Shown one piece after another: positions 21,166 through 32,172 of a DNA stretch of 64,000 bases. The notes under the pieces were generated by a model that was not told the DNA's origin, made no database searches, and saw only the letters and a program-made list of their open reading frames with translations. Numbering within the stretch: position 1 is the first letter of the stretch; each line of letters begins with the position of its first letter. The stretch spans positions 608,001 to 672,000 of the forward strand of contig CAVTBU010000007.1 in NCBI GenBank assembly GCA_963733035.1. Direction: 5' to 3'. Both the position numbers and the translations under genes were made by a program. The stretch is from Pirellulales bacterium. Lineage in GTDB: Bacteria > Planctomycetota > Planctomycetia > Pirellulales > PALSA-1355.

Positions 21166-23853
21166 ATGGTTTTTGTCGCTAGCAAGGATTGTTCCCGCTT
21201 CGTGCAAGGTTCGCCAGCCGGCGAACTGAGGCTACGCGTGGTTGGCTCGGCGCGCGATGGCCAAATCGTCGAACTCAAATCCCCGAAATGCGCGATCGGC
21301 TCGGCCCGCGGGTGCACTCTGCGACTGGTGGCACGGGGCGTCCGACCGGTTCACTGCCTGATCTTGCGCGGAACCAAGGGGACGGTCGCCCGGTCGTGGG
21401 CTCCCAACACCGAAATCAATGGCCAGGTTTTCCGCGACTCCCTACTGCAAGTTGGCGATCGTCTCTCGATTGGACCGGTCGAGTTTGAGGTCCTGCCGGC
21501 TAAGGGGGGCCCCCCGCCGGACCCTACCGATGCCGGTCGTACGGTCGTTCTTGATCGTCGGCCGGCTGGCAGCAATCCGCGTCGTACTCCGCGGGAAGGG
21601 AGACCGGCTCGGGACTCGCGGCGGCGCGCCCAGGTGCGAGCACTGATCAAGGAGGTCCGCCGGCTCCGGTCGGAGACCGATCGGCTGTCGATGCATCCTC
21701 CTCGACCGCTCGAACAGGCGCCCACCGAGGAATCGACTCGAGAGCTGCACGAGAAACTGGAAGTCTACAAACAGCAGCATGAGTTGTGGGAAACAACACT
21801 ACAGGACTTGCACAATGAGTTGGACTCTCGCCAGCGTCAATTGACCGAACTTGCCACCGAGCTCGAGTCCACTCGCCAATCTTTCACCGTTGAACGACAG
21901 CAGCGGGAGGCCGACCTGGATGCCATGCGTGGCGAACTGGCCGTAGAGCGTGACGCTTGTCGGCGAGCCAAGGAAGCAACTCAGTCCGCCCAATCCGCTC
22001 GCGAACAGGCAAAGCTGGCCGCTGAATCGGACCTGGAAGAGTTACGTCGGCGTTTGGCACAACGAGAGTCCGAGCTGGCAGCGGCCCAGGATTGCCAAAG
22101 GAACTCAGCCGGCCAATTGCGGGAATTGGAACTGCGGGCCGAGGGGCTTGACCAGCGATCGCTGGAACTGGATCGTTTGCAGACGGAATGCCGTCAGGCG
22201 CAGGTTGCGAACCAACTTGTTGCCGAGGAGCTAACCCAGGCCCGGACGGACTTCGAAGCACAACAAGCCGAGGCGTGGCGAGAGCTGGAGCGGCAGCGAG
22301 CGGAGGCTGCCGCGCTGGAGCTAACGCATCAAGAAAAGCTTTCCGAAGCACAGGGCCGCTCGGAATCGCTGGTGACAGCCGAGCGCGAACTGAGTGAACG
22401 CCAAGCCGTTCTCGCCGAGGCGGAAGCCCACTTGCGGCACGAACGTCAGAAGCTGGCCGAAGAACGTGCCGCACAGCGAGCGGCGTTGGAACAAGCCGGA
22501 GAATCGCTGAATCGTCAGACAATTGAATTGCAGGAACTACAAGGCGCCTTGGCGGCCCAGACGGCAAGTCTCCATACGGCTCCTTCCGAACTATCGCCAG
22601 ACGTCTCGCAAGAGTTGGCTACCCGCCGCGCCGAACTCGACCAGCAATTCGAGGCGTTTGCCTGTCAACGTAGTGAGTGGGAGGCTGCATTTGCCACGCG
22701 GACGGAGCAGTTTGAAAATGCCCAGCGGGCTTTCCAAATTGAACGTCACCAATTCGAAACGGAGCGTCAGTGCCAAGAGCACGATTTTCAAGAGCGCGTG
22801 CGCGATTTCGAAGCTAGTCAACAGCAATTCGTCGCTAAACAGGCAGCCGACGTGAACGCGACGGCTGAAGGCACCGCGCGGGAACGTCAACTGCTTGATC
22901 AACAACGTACCGAGCTTGAGCAGGCGCGGGCTGAGCTCGACAGGGAGCGAGAGACTTTCGAGGCTTTGCGACGTGAGTCGTCGGACCGGTTTGACGAAGA
23001 GGCAAAGCGGCTTGAACTTGAGCGTCAGGAATTGGCGGCCGAACGCAGCGATTTCGAAGCCCACCGGCAAGCGACTCCGTGCCGCAGCGAGGAATTGACG
23101 CCGACCGGGGACGAGCATGGACTGGCGGAAGTTGACGATTCCTTGACGCGCGGACCGGCACGCTCGTCGCCGGCGATTGAGGAGGCCGTCTGCGATGATG
23201 CAAGCGATACGGAAACCGCGCGATACTTGCCACCCGTCGACGACGAAGAGTCGGTCGAGCAATATATGGCAGCACTCTTGCAGCGCATGCGGGGCGGCTC
23301 ATCTGGCACACCCAACGCACCCGTCGCCACGGAAGGTGATTGCAAGGCGAATACCAACGTGCCACGGTCTGCGCTTGCCGCAGCCCCAACCGATCCGCAA
23401 CCGGCGGAACCAGAACCGGAGTCTCCCGTTCTTGAACTACCGGCACCTCCCAAGGAACTGGAACGTCGTAAGTCTGTCGAAGCGACGACGAGCCTCAACG
23501 TCCTTCGTGAGATCGGTCTGACGCATGCCCGCAGCGCGATTGAGACGCACGGTCAGCAGAGTTCTTTGCGGCAGGCATACGGCACGCTGGCAACGAGCAT
23601 TTTCTGCTTCGTGGCAGCGGTGCTTGTGTTCTACTTTGGTGCCGACCGAGCAACTAACATGACCGCCACCAGCATTGTCGTGATTGGCATTTTCTGGATG
23701 GGGTCGAGCATCTGGGCCGTCCGAAAGGTGGTCACCTCGATGCGGAAGAAGCGCAGCGGTCTGCGATCCATGATGGAAGAGATCGAGGCCGAAATTGCGT
23801 TGCTCGAGCAAGAGCGGGCCGAAGCCGAAAGGAACGGCAGCCAAAATGGCTAG
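21166..23853 (+). CDS. FHA-like domain, long coiled coil and two C-terminal TM helices
   Basis: N-terminal IGSARGC..HCLI..ING..L.VGDRLSIG; about 450 aa of E/Q/R/L heptads; two hydrophobic helices near the C-terminus. Confidence 0.85.
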   Translation: MVFVASKDCSRFVQGSPAGELRLRVVGSARDGQIVELKSPKCAIGSARGCTLRLVARGVRPVHCLILRGTKGTVARSWAPNTEINGQVFRDSLLQVGDRLSIGPVEFEVLPAKGGPPPDPTDAGRTVVLDRRPAGSNPRRTPREGRPARDSRRRAQVRALIKEVRRLRSETDRLSMHPPRPLEQAPTEESTRELHEKLEVYKQQHELWETTLQDLHNELDSRQRQLTELATELESTRQSFTVERQQREADLDAMRGELAVERDACRRAKEATQSAQSAREQAKLAAESDLEELRRRLAQRESELAAAQDCQRNSAGQLRELELRAEGLDQRSLELDRLQTECRQAQVANQLVAEELTQARTDFEAQQAEAWRELERQRAEAAALELTHQEKLSEAQGRSESLVTAERELSERQAVLAEAEAHLRHERQKLAEERAAQRAALEQAGESLNRQTIELQELQGALAAQTASLHTAPSELSPDVSQELATRRAELDQQFEAFACQRSEWEAAFATRTEQFENAQRAFQIERHQFETERQCQEHDFQERVRDFEASQQQFVAKQAADVNATAEGTARERQLLDQQRTELEQARAELDRERETFEALRRESSDRFDEEAKRLELERQELAAERSDFEAHRQATPCRSEELTPTGDEHGLAEVDDSLTRGPARSSPAIEEAVCDDASDTETARYLPPVDDEESVEQYMAALLQRMRGGSSGTPNAPVATEGDCKANTNVPRSALAAAPTDPQPAEPEPESPVLELPAPPKELERRKSVEATTSLNVLREIGLTHARSAIETHGQQSSLRQAYGTLATSIFCFVAAVLVFYFGADRATNMTATSIVVIGIFWMGSSIWAVRKVVTSMRKKRSGLRSMMEEIEAEIALLEQERAEAERNGSQNG

Positions 23854-23856
23854 GTG

Positions 23857-24870
23857 CTAGAATCCTCGGGCGGCGACGATATCTTCGAAGTCGCGAAGGT
23901 GGTAGTCAATCTGGCAGAAATCGAGCACGCGGCAGAGCGACCGCAAGGCTACTCCCATGCCGTCGGGGCCGCTAAAGCCGCCATACTGCCCGCCCGCTTT
24001 TACGTGCGGTTCGAGATCGAGGAACACTCCGGGAATTCCCCTCCTCCTGAGCTTGGCATCGAGCTTGGGTAGCATCTCGCGGAGTTCCTTGAAGATCATT
24101 TCGTGGCCGCTGTCGCCGAGGTCTGCTGGCACGAAGTGTTTTAGCGTCTCTTCGTCGATGTGCGACTCCCGCTTGGCCGGTTGCGGATGGCGATAGTCCT
24201 TGATGTGCATCCAACCTAGCCCCGCCTTCATGAAGCGAAACTGTTCGAGCACTTCTGCCGCAGTGTAACCCTGGCAAGTGAGGTTTCCGGCGTCGAAGAT
24301 CAACACGAGTGCCGGATTCTTCACCTGGCGATGGATAGCCGCCAGGATCTCGCCGTTTTGACCGACCAAATTGGCTTCTAATTCGACGCCGTAGGTTAAG
24401 TCGCTTCGCAGGCACGTTTCGGCGACTTGGCCCAGCTGGTCAACTACCTGCGGCAGGTGTGCCCAGGGATCGCTGCCTTTGGGATGATAGAACGAAAAGC
24501 CGCGGATCAGTTTGGTTTCGAAGGCGTGAGCCATGTCGCAGGCCTTTTTCACGTCCTTTTCGAGGTATTTCTTAAACGGCACGTAGGCATTCTTAGTTCC
24601 GTCGTCAATGTCGAGAAGCTTCGTCTTTCCCAGTGGTGAACCGATTGAGGCAACGTTGAGCCCGTACTCGTCCTCCAAATGGCGGATGGTTTGGATCTCG
24701 CCCTTGCTGAGCTTCATCACGTTCTTGATACCGTCACCGGCGTCGATGAACCGCAGGCTGTAATACTGCAGTCCAATGGCGGCCATCGCGGCGAATTGCT
24801 GCACGGCCGTTTTCTGATTAGCCGCTTCGTCGCCAAATCCGCTGAGTGTGACCTGAGTATTTTTCGTCAT
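23857..24870 (-). CDS. Sugar phosphate isomerase/epimerase (xylose isomerase-like TIM barrel)
   Basis: SGFGDE, VELEAN, FDAGN, MHIKD and LEPH metal-ligand pattern. Confidence 0.88.
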   Translation of the reverse strand: MTKNTQVTLSGFGDEAANQKTAVQQFAAMAAIGLQYYSLRFIDAGDGIKNVMKLSKGEIQTIRHLEDEYGLNVASIGSPLGKTKLLDIDDGTKNAYVPFKKYLEKDVKKACDMAHAFETKLIRGFSFYHPKGSDPWAHLPQVVDQLGQVAETCLRSDLTYGVELEANLVGQNGEILAAIHRQVKNPALVLIFDAGNLTCQGYTAAEVLEQFRFMKAGLGWMHIKDYRHPQPAKRESHIDEETLKHFVPADLGDSGHEMIFKELREMLPKLDAKLRRRGIPGVFLDLEPHVKAGGQYGGFSGPDGMGVALRSLCRVLDFCQIDYHLRDFEDIVAARGF

Positions 24871-25504
24871 GACACCATCCGAAGACTGAGGGAATGCGGG
24901 TTGGTAGGTATCGCCCCGCGAGGACAAGTCTGGCCGACGGGCAAGAGGCACATTGTGGCGCGACGCGGCGGCTCGTGACAAGGGGCCAAGTCCGTCGATT
25001 TTCTACATCCATCTGGTATTTGCCGCGGTAGAACGCTTCGAAGATGCTGAAACGACAAAGTTGATTTTGATTCAGGAGACTTTGGGGATGTTGCGATGTG
25101 TTTGGCCGACGCGCCGCTCGGTGATTGAATGGATCCCGATAACAACGGTTGTGTCATCGGCCGTAGCGACGGCGCATGATGCGTTCGACCTGGTGGCGTA
25201 CTGGTCGCACTTCGGCGGGCGTAATTGCGCATGGCATATGCCTCAATCCGCAAAGAACGGGTGCTTATGATCCTTGGCCAGCCGGCGGCCACTGCAACGT
25301 CGGTGGCGATTGACAGAGAAATTGCCGTGCAGGACGTCGACTGCGGCAATCTCCGCCGACAACTGCTTACTGATGGCCACGTGTTGTAGTAGGCCGCTCG
25401 CAAGCCGGCTCCTCGCGCGAATTCCGCGCCCAAGTAGATTGGACAATCGTTGTGCGCGATCCAGCTATGGATGCTTGGGACACGGGACGTTATCTTGGGT
25501 GGCT

Positions 25505-26805
25505 ATGAGTAGTACCGCCAAGAATTCCACGTCTCCAGCCGAGATACGCCGCCTACGGGCGGGTATGGTCGGGATGGGCATGATCTTTGACGAGACGTAT
25601 CGGCCCTTCTTTGAGACGGTGCGCCGGCAGCCGCTTTACGAGCCCGGTGTCGGCGTCTGCCAGGTCGAGCTCGCCGCGGTTGGCAGTCGCACCGGCAAGC
25701 GGGCCGAGGCCTATCGTCAGTCAGCCGGAGGGTGCATCGGCGACTTCCAAAGCTTTACGGAACCGCGAAGCATGGAACAAATGCTGGCCTGCGGCGTCGA
25801 TTTCGTCTGCGTGGCCACACCCGATGATCGGCATTTCGAGGCTGCCAAGGCCGCGATCGAAGCCGGCAAGCATGTGCTGGTCGAGAAACCGTCAGTGCTA
25901 TCGCTGGCGGAACTCGATGAGTTGGCATTTCTAGCTAAAAAACACGAGGTCTTGACCAAGGTTGTCTATCACAAACTGCTCGATCCAGACCATAAGAAGC
26001 TGCGCACGTTGGTCGCTGACGGTGTGCTCCGGCATGTTAACAACGGCTATTGCACGCTGCTCGAGCCGAAAACGATTTCTGGAAGTCAGTTCGCCGAATG
26101 GATCACTGGCCGCAATCCCGGCACTTACGTCGCCGTGCACTACATAAAGCTGATCGATTTCACATTCGGCGGCCGACTCAAGTCCGTGCAGTGTACCGGG
26201 CAGCGCGGCTTGGTCGGTCCGGTCGACGGTCCGACCTGGGATTCGACCCAATTGCGGATGATCTATCTCTACGACGACGGTCGCGAGGCCGCTTTCGACA
26301 TTCACACGTCCTGGGTGACGCCAGACAACTTTCCCGGTTACGTCGAGCAGGAAGTGCAGTTCCGCTTTGATAATGGCGTGTGGAACGGTCACAGCCGTAA
26401 GCGCGGAGTCGAATTGACCGTCGAAGGCCGCACGCCAATGGAAATCAAGAATACGATCAACAACCACTACAACGGGACGTTTCTCGAACCCTGGGCGCCC
26501 GCTCACAACGCGGGTACGGAATTGAGGTGCTCGAGCGTTTCGTCCGCGAAGTGGCCCAGGTCGAATTCGGTGGCTCTAAGAGTGATCGACCGCAGCGTTT
26601 GGCCGCAGCGCGAACCCTGCACTACAACGACCTGTCTGCCGATCGTCAGACCGTGGCCACGGTGCAGGCGATGGAGGCCATTTTGGCCTGCCATGCAGCT
26701 GGCCTGCGCAACTGCCTGGTGAACATCAACGATAAGCATGGCGGTTTGGTGCTTTACCAACCGGGTTCGACCGAGCCTGAGATCCTCTATCAACCCGAGG
26801 TGTAA
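25505..26805 (+). CDS. Gfo/Idh/MocA family oxidoreductase; apparent missing G at about 26494
   Basis: GMVGMGMI, VATPDDRH and HVLVEKP. Restoring one G gives EPWGARSQRGYGIEVLERF and reads on to TAA at 26805. Confidence 0.88.
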
Positions 26806-26863
26806 ATCTCGCTGGGTCGGTGCTCCCGCCACAGGCGTGCCTGCCGCGAGTCGAAAACGTGAC

Positions 26864-28255
26864 ATGAAACAGAACGTTCCCTCCCCTGCCCCGATTCAGC
26901 ATCCCGGCGAAGACGCTTCGAACGATCTTCGGCGCCGACTAGCCGCCGTTGAGCCGATTGCCCAGCGAACCTACACGCCCAGTCTGGCCGTGCTCGCCCA
27001 AAGCGAGGGCTGCTACCACTATACGCCCGAGGGGCGCAAGCTGGCCGACTTTACATCGGGAGTCTTGGTGGCCAACTTGGGGCACAACCCAACCCGCTGG
27101 TGGCGGCGCGTGCTGGATTATCTTGAACTTGGCCAAATATCGAGCCACGGGGAGTTTTTTCGAGCTGTCACACTCACATCTTACAACGCCGTGGTACCGC
27201 TCGAAGTACAGGCCGCCGAACGCTTGCTCGAGAACTTGCGTAGCCAGCCGGGCGGATCGCGCATGGAGCAAGTCCTCTGGGCCGCCACCGGTAGCGAAGC
27301 TGTGCAGAAGGCCCTTTGGGCCGCGCTCGACCGCCGGCCAGGCGCCAACGTGATATTGGCGACGCGGCACGGCTTTCATGGCAAGAAGGGACTCGCCGGT
27401 GCCGTAACTGGCTCGGAACGCGATGCGGAACGCGATCCGCGTGTCCGCTTCATTAGTTTCCCAACCGCCGAGTGCGAAAGCATCGAAGCCCGCAAGAAGA
27501 GACTCGACCTGGAGCCCTATCGCAAGGAACTGGAAGCTCTGGCGGCGGAGCATCCCGGTAAAATCGCCTGTCTGATCACCGAGCCCTATCTTGGCGGCGG
27601 TGGTTCCTATCACCCGCAGCCCGAGTACTTGCAATTGCTGGAGAAGTTTTGTCGCGAGCACGACATCGTATTCATCCTCGATGAAGTGCAGGCCAACTTT
27701 GGCCGGACGGGCCAGATGTACGCCTTCACGCACTACGGCGTGGAGCCCGATATCGTCATTCTCGGCAAGGGACTCGGCAACGGCGTGCCGGTCGATGCGG
27801 CCGTAGGCCGGGCCGACATCTTTGCGGCGATGCATTATGGCGAGGGGTCGGACACCTGGAGTGCGTCGCCGCTTGGTTGTGCGGCCGTGTTGGCGACGCT
27901 CGACGAGTTTGACGCGTCCGACGTCATGCGACATGCCCGGCAACTGTCGGGCGTCATCGAACGAGGGCTGTGCCGATTGGCGGAGCTCGGCTGCGTTGCC
28001 AATGTGCGTGGTGAAGGGCTCGTGTGGGGCGTCGAACTGGCCGCTATCGGCGATCAGCCCGCCGAAAACGTGGCGAACGCTTGTGTGGAGGCTTGCTATC
28101 GGGGCGACGCTTCGGGCCGGGCCATTCATCTGCTCGGTCCCCTGGCCGGCAAAGTGTTGCGTGTCAGTCCGCCGCTCGTAATGCCGCTCGACGAGGCCCA
28201 ACAGTATTTGGATGCGATGTACGATATTTTTGCAAACCTCCAGCGCTCGCTTTAG
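26864..28255 (+). CDS. Class-III PLP-dependent aminotransferase
   Basis: NLGH, TGSEA, GFHG, ILDEVQANFGRTG, ILGKGLGNG and VRGEGL. Confidence 0.93.
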   Translation: MKQNVPSPAPIQHPGEDASNDLRRRLAAVEPIAQRTYTPSLAVLAQSEGCYHYTPEGRKLADFTSGVLVANLGHNPTRWWRRVLDYLELGQISSHGEFFRAVTLTSYNAVVPLEVQAAERLLENLRSQPGGSRMEQVLWAATGSEAVQKALWAALDRRPGANVILATRHGFHGKKGLAGAVTGSERDAERDPRVRFISFPTAECESIEARKKRLDLEPYRKELEALAAEHPGKIACLITEPYLGGGGSYHPQPEYLQLLEKFCREHDIVFILDEVQANFGRTGQMYAFTHYGVEPDIVILGKGLGNGVPVDAAVGRADIFAAMHYGEGSDTWSASPLGCAAVLATLDEFDASDVMRHARQLSGVIERGLCRLAELGCVANVRGEGLVWGVELAAIGDQPAENVANACVEACYRGDASGRAIHLLGPLAGKVLRVSPPLVMPLDEAQQYLDAMYDIFANLQRSL

Positions 28256-28267
28256 CGGAACTGCCGG

Positions 28268-28738
28268 ATGGATCCCGACGCGCTCATGCGATTGGCGATT
28301 GATAGGGCCCGCGCGGGGATCGCGGCTGGACAATCGCCGTTTGGATGCGCGATCGCAATGGGAGATCGGGTGTTGGCGGTGGAGCACAACTGCGTGCTCG
28401 CTACCAAGGACATCACGGCCCATGCCGAGATCACGGCTCTTCGCGCCGCGTGTCGCTTGACCGGCGACATCCACTTGCATGGTGCTCAAGTAGCGACGAC
28501 TTGCGAGCCGTGCCCGATGTGCATCGCCGCGTTACACTGGGCTCGTGTCGACACGGTATATTACGGTGCTACGATCGCCGATGCCACTTCCGGCGGTTTC
28601 AACGAACTCGCTATCTCGGCCGCCGAATTGGTGCGACTGGGAAAAAGTCAGGTGCAGGTCGTCGGTGGAACACTGACCGTGGCATGCGTCGATTTGTTCC
28701 GCGAATGGCGGGTTGCCGGCAAGGGACGTCCCTATTGA
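28268..28738 (+). CDS. Zn-dependent nucleoside/nucleobase deaminase (guanine deaminase-like)
   Basis: PFGC, HAE and EPCPMC motifs. Confidence 0.92.
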   Translation: MDPDALMRLAIDRARAGIAAGQSPFGCAIAMGDRVLAVEHNCVLATKDITAHAEITALRAACRLTGDIHLHGAQVATTCEPCPMCIAALHWARVDTVYYGATIADATSGGFNELAISAAELVRLGKSQVQVVGGTLTVACVDLFREWRVAGKGRPY

Positions 28739-28760
28739 TTTGCCGAGCGATCGTGCGTTC

Positions 28761-29447
28761 CTACGATTTCGGGTCGTAACGGAACACGAAAAGCTGCTTG
28801 TAAAGGTAAGTGTCGGGACCTGTTGGCCACGACAGGCCTTGCAGCAGCGAGACGAGTTCCTCGTCGACGATCCCATCGACCGCGGCTTGCACTTCAGCAG
28901 CGGTACTGCAAGTGGCCATTATGTAGATCGAATGCAACGTAAAGCGGTGTGGTTGCTCCCATTTTGCGACCAACTGCTTAAGCCGCTCGAACAACGGCCG
29001 ATAGAACGTACCGCCCTGCATGAGCCCCGAGGGCACCGTTCCGCGAATGCCAATCCGCCCTGGAAAGACGTCCCAGCCGGCGAGAACTTGTGGCTTCTGT
29101 TGACCACGGCGTGTTTCGACCTCGGCACCCAGTGCCGAAAACAGCGGCCATACCGCCAGCGTGTGCCACTCGGAAATCGCGTCTCGCAACGCTTTCGCGG
29201 GATCGGGGCCGACGCCCAGAGCTCCGACGCGAAATCGGTCCCCACTGTCGCCATCGACGTGGATTTGAATGTCGAGCGGTGCGAGCATCTGGTCGCCCTG
29301 CTGCGCGCAGCCGTCGAAACTGATTGCTATTCCGATGCGGTGGGAGTCGACGACCAACTCTCCATCGTCGATGGAATAACTAACCCCCGCTTCATCGAGG
29401 TGATGCTTGAGCGTCGTGAAGGCTGCCTGGTACAGGTCGTCGATCAT
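28761..29447 (-). CDS. Hypothetical protein, 228 aa
   Basis: ATG ORF with natural composition filling the gap between the deaminase and purC. Confidence 0.75.
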   Translation of the reverse strand: MIDDLYQAAFTTLKHHLDEAGVSYSIDDGELVVDSHRIGIAISFDGCAQQGDQMLAPLDIQIHVDGDSGDRFRVGALGVGPDPAKALRDAISEWHTLAVWPLFSALGAEVETRRGQQKPQVLAGWDVFPGRIGIRGTVPSGLMQGGTFYRPLFERLKQLVAKWEQPHRFTLHSIYIMATCSTAAEVQAAVDGIVDEELVSLLQGLSWPTGPDTYLYKQLFVFRYDPKS

Positions 29448-29625
29448 CGGCTTGCCGTCGAGCGTGCGGAGAAAATTACAAACGGGACATGCTTCGCATC
29501 ATGTTATCCATTGACCGGCGGCCGGCAAAGCAAACGCGGCCAGACGATGCGCGCCGACGGATCTTTTTGCTATACTCAGCCGCTTCTCGACAAACGAGCG
29601 ACTTGCTTTTGGGAACTAATATGTC

Positions 29626-30513
29626 ATGCGCCAGCCAGTAATGCGGACCAACCTTGGCGACCTCCCCGTGCGACGTGGAAAAGTGCGCGACATCTACGAC
29701 TTTGGCGATCGGCTCCTGTTGGTCGCCAGCGATCGGATTAGCGCCTTTGATTGGGTTTTACCCACAGGTATACCAGACAAGGGGCGAGTGTTGACGCAAA
29801 TCAGTGCCTTCTGGTTCAATCGGCTAGACGAACCGAACCACTTAATCAGCACCGATATCGCCGCAGCAGATCTGCCACCCGAGATCGACACTTCCCCGCT
29901 AGCCGGCCGCAGCATGCTCGTGCGAAAGACCGAAGTCGTGCCGATCGAGTGCGTTGTTCGTGGCTACCTGTCTGGTTCGGGCTGGAAGGAATACCGCCAG
30001 TCGCAATGCGTGTGTGGCATTCGCTTGCCGGCGGGTTTCCAAGAGAGCGACCGGCTTCCGGAACCGATCTTCACTCCCGCTACCAAGGCAGAGAGCGGCC
30101 ACGATATCAACATCTCGTTCAACCAGATGGTCGATCTGGTGGGTCGGGAGGTGTCCGAAGAACTCCGTGACCGCAGTATGGGGGTGTATCAACGCGGGTC
30201 GGAACATGCTCGGTCAAATGGAATCATCATTGCCGATACAAAGTTTGAATGGGGTCGCGCTGGCAGTGAATTGATTCTGATCGACGAAGCGCTCACGCCG
30301 GACAGCTCGCGATTCTGGCCGGTCGACGAATATCAGCCCGGCGGCGTGCAACCATCATTTGACAAGCAATATGTGCGTGACTGGCTGGAGACGACCCCCT
30401 GGGATAAGAACAGCCCCCCGCCAGAATTGCCAGCCGACGTTGTGGCACGCACGCGCGACAAGTACATCGATGCCTATGAGCGGCTGACGGGAGAACCGTT
30501 TGCATGGAAGTAG
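29626..30513 (+). CDS. purC: SAICAR synthetase
   Basis: [33 protein letters not shown] and DKQYVR. Confidence 0.97.
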   Translation: MRQPVMRTNLGDLPVRRGKVRDIYDFGDRLLLVASDRISAFDWVLPTGIPDKGRVLTQISAFWFNRLDEPNHLISTDIAAADLPPEIDTSPLAGRSMLVRKTEVVPIECVVRGYLSGSGWKEYRQSQCVCGIRLPAGFQESDRLPEPIFTPATKAESGHDINISFNQMVDLVGREVSEELRDRSMGVYQRGSEHARSNGIIIADTKFEWGRAGSELILIDEALTPDSSRFWPVDEYQPGGVQPSFDKQYVRDWLETTPWDKNSPPPELPADVVARTRDKYIDAYERLTGEPFAWK

Positions 30514-30516
30514 CTG

Positions 30517-32172
30517 TCACGGCTTGACGATAGGTCGGACACCGCGAATCTTACCGGCCGGGCGAAAGCGATCCAAAGTGAGCGGTTCGCTGGTGTCGTA
30601 GGTGCCAATATTTCCAGCTTCATCGCGGACTTCAAGGCGGAGCAGAATGCGCGACGGTACCCGACTGTCGAGCTTCCATCGATAGCTGCCCGAGTTTTCC
30701 AGGCCCGAGGCGAAGGGCGTCCAAGGTCCATTGACGCTCTCGCTAAACAGCAGCGTGATTGGCCGAGTGGCAAGCAGATCGTCCGCGGCCTCCCAGGCGA
30801 CTAGCAGTTCAGTGCCATCTGGCGACACCTCGGTGTTCGTGATCTTACACGTTGGCTTTGTTTGATCGACGCCAACCCAAATATCCGGCAGATCGCCTTC
30901 GGCGGGCGGACGTCCGCCAAAACCGGCTCCGCTTTGCACCAAGATGCGAAATCCGTAGATGCCCTCACCGCCCACGGCTACTGGCATAGGGCTGCGATTG
31001 TCGGTGTCGACCGCAAAGTCACTCCACGTACGTCCGCCATCACGTGTGCCCCATAGCTCCACGCGGCCAACGCCCGAGGGGCCGACCGACTCGATGTCGT
31101 ATTCTAGCTCGAACGTGGGAGTGGCCATCATTCGAGGCCTGACCGCCGCGGGTAGGATCGAAAAGTCCAGCGGGGAGCCGGGGCGGCTCGAGTTGACGTC
31201 ACTTCCGGTGCTAACTTGCCGGGCTGGCGTCCGCGGCTGGGCACGGGCATCGGGCACGAATCCGGGCGGCGCGGCCGAGGGTGAATAGGCATTGCCTGGC
31301 AGATTGGAAGGTGCGTTGCCGCCATCACCGGCTAGGGGCGGATCGTAGGAGTTTCGATCTGGCGGCCAATGCGTCGACTGGTCGACCGGCGCCTCCGATT
31401 CGTTTGGACTCCAGCCTTCTGAATCGGCCGGCGTGATTTGCTGATTGGCGACATCAGGAGCCGCTCCCAGGCGAGGCCTTGTCGCATCGCTCGGTTTAAC
31501 GACGGCTTGCGTAACAGCCGGGTTCCCAGCCCGATCAGAGATTTCGGCTCGCACCAGGACTGGCCCGGTGGTGTCGTTGGCCCACCAGGTCGCCTCTCCC
31601 GAAAGCGTGTGCTTCATTGCGCTGGGGGGGGATTCAACGGCCACGCGTTCCCAGGGACCGCTGGAGGTGGCTTGATATTCCAGTTTGAAGCTGCCCGGCT
31701 TGAGGTTCGGATCGATTGCTTGCCAACGTGCCACGATTTCGCCGTCCGGCCCGCGGATCACCGACACATCGAGCCGCGGAGCCACGGTGTCGACGGTCAC
31801 CTGTAATTGCGGCTGCATCTGACCTGTAGGTCGCGATATTCCTTGGCCGTCGACCGTGCGAATACTAAACCAATACTCACCGTCATGTGGTGCCCGAAAT
31901 ACGAATGATCCTCGGTCCGGTTTCACGCGACTGGAAAGCACCCAATTTGCACCCAGGTCGGTCGAAACGTGCAATTGCGCTTCGACGGGTTGTTCAGCAG
32001 GGTTGGCCGTCGGTTCGATTCGGAACGGAATTGTAAAAGCGTTCTGGCGCGTGGCCGTGACGATGGGGACAACTGGTTGAGGGGACCCCGTTGTGGACGG
32101 TTGCGCAGCACCGACAGCCGGCCAGGTTGCGGCCAGTAGCAGGAAGGCGGCGGTAATAGGGCGCAGCCACAT
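30517..32172 (-). CDS. Exported protein with two copies of a beta-rich (Ig/Fn3-like) module joined by a Pro-rich linker
   Basis: Signal peptide MWLRPITAAFLLL; duplicated motifs STDLGANW/TRDGGRTW, DGEYWF/EGIYGF, VDTVAP/VDQTKP and DRAGN/DEAGN. Confidence 0.85.
   Translation of the reverse strand: MWLRPITAAFLLLAATWPAVGAAQPSTTGSPQPVVPIVTATRQNAFTIPFRIEPTANPAEQPVEAQLHVSTDLGANWVLSSRVKPDRGSFVFRAPHDGEYWFSIRTVDGQGISRPTGQMQPQLQVTVDTVAPRLDVSVIRGPDGEIVARWQAIDPNLKPGSFKLEYQATSSGPWERVAVESPPSAMKHTLSGEATWWANDTTGPVLVRAEISDRAGNPAVTQAVVKPSDATRPRLGAAPDVANQQITPADSEGWSPNESEAPVDQSTHWPPDRNSYDPPLAGDGGNAPSNLPGNAYSPSAAPPGFVPDARAQPRTPARQVSTGSDVNSSRPGSPLDFSILPAAVRPRMMATPTFELEYDIESVGPSGVGRVELWGTRDGGRTWSDFAVDTDNRSPMPVAVGGEGIYGFRILVQSGAGFGGRPPAEGDLPDIWVGVDQTKPTCKITNTEVSPDGTELLVAWEAADDLLATRPITLLFSESVNGPWTPFASGLENSGSYRWKLDSRVPSRILLRLEVRDEAGNIGTYDTSEPLTLDRFRPAGKIRGVRPIVKP

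Noticed and set aside
26939..28489. 516-aa antisense ORF
   Set aside because: Shadow frame of the aminotransferase, typical of high-GC coding DNA.
28713..29741. 342-aa plus-strand ORF
   Set aside because: Antisense to the 228-aa gene, overlaps both the deaminase and purC, and has no motifs.
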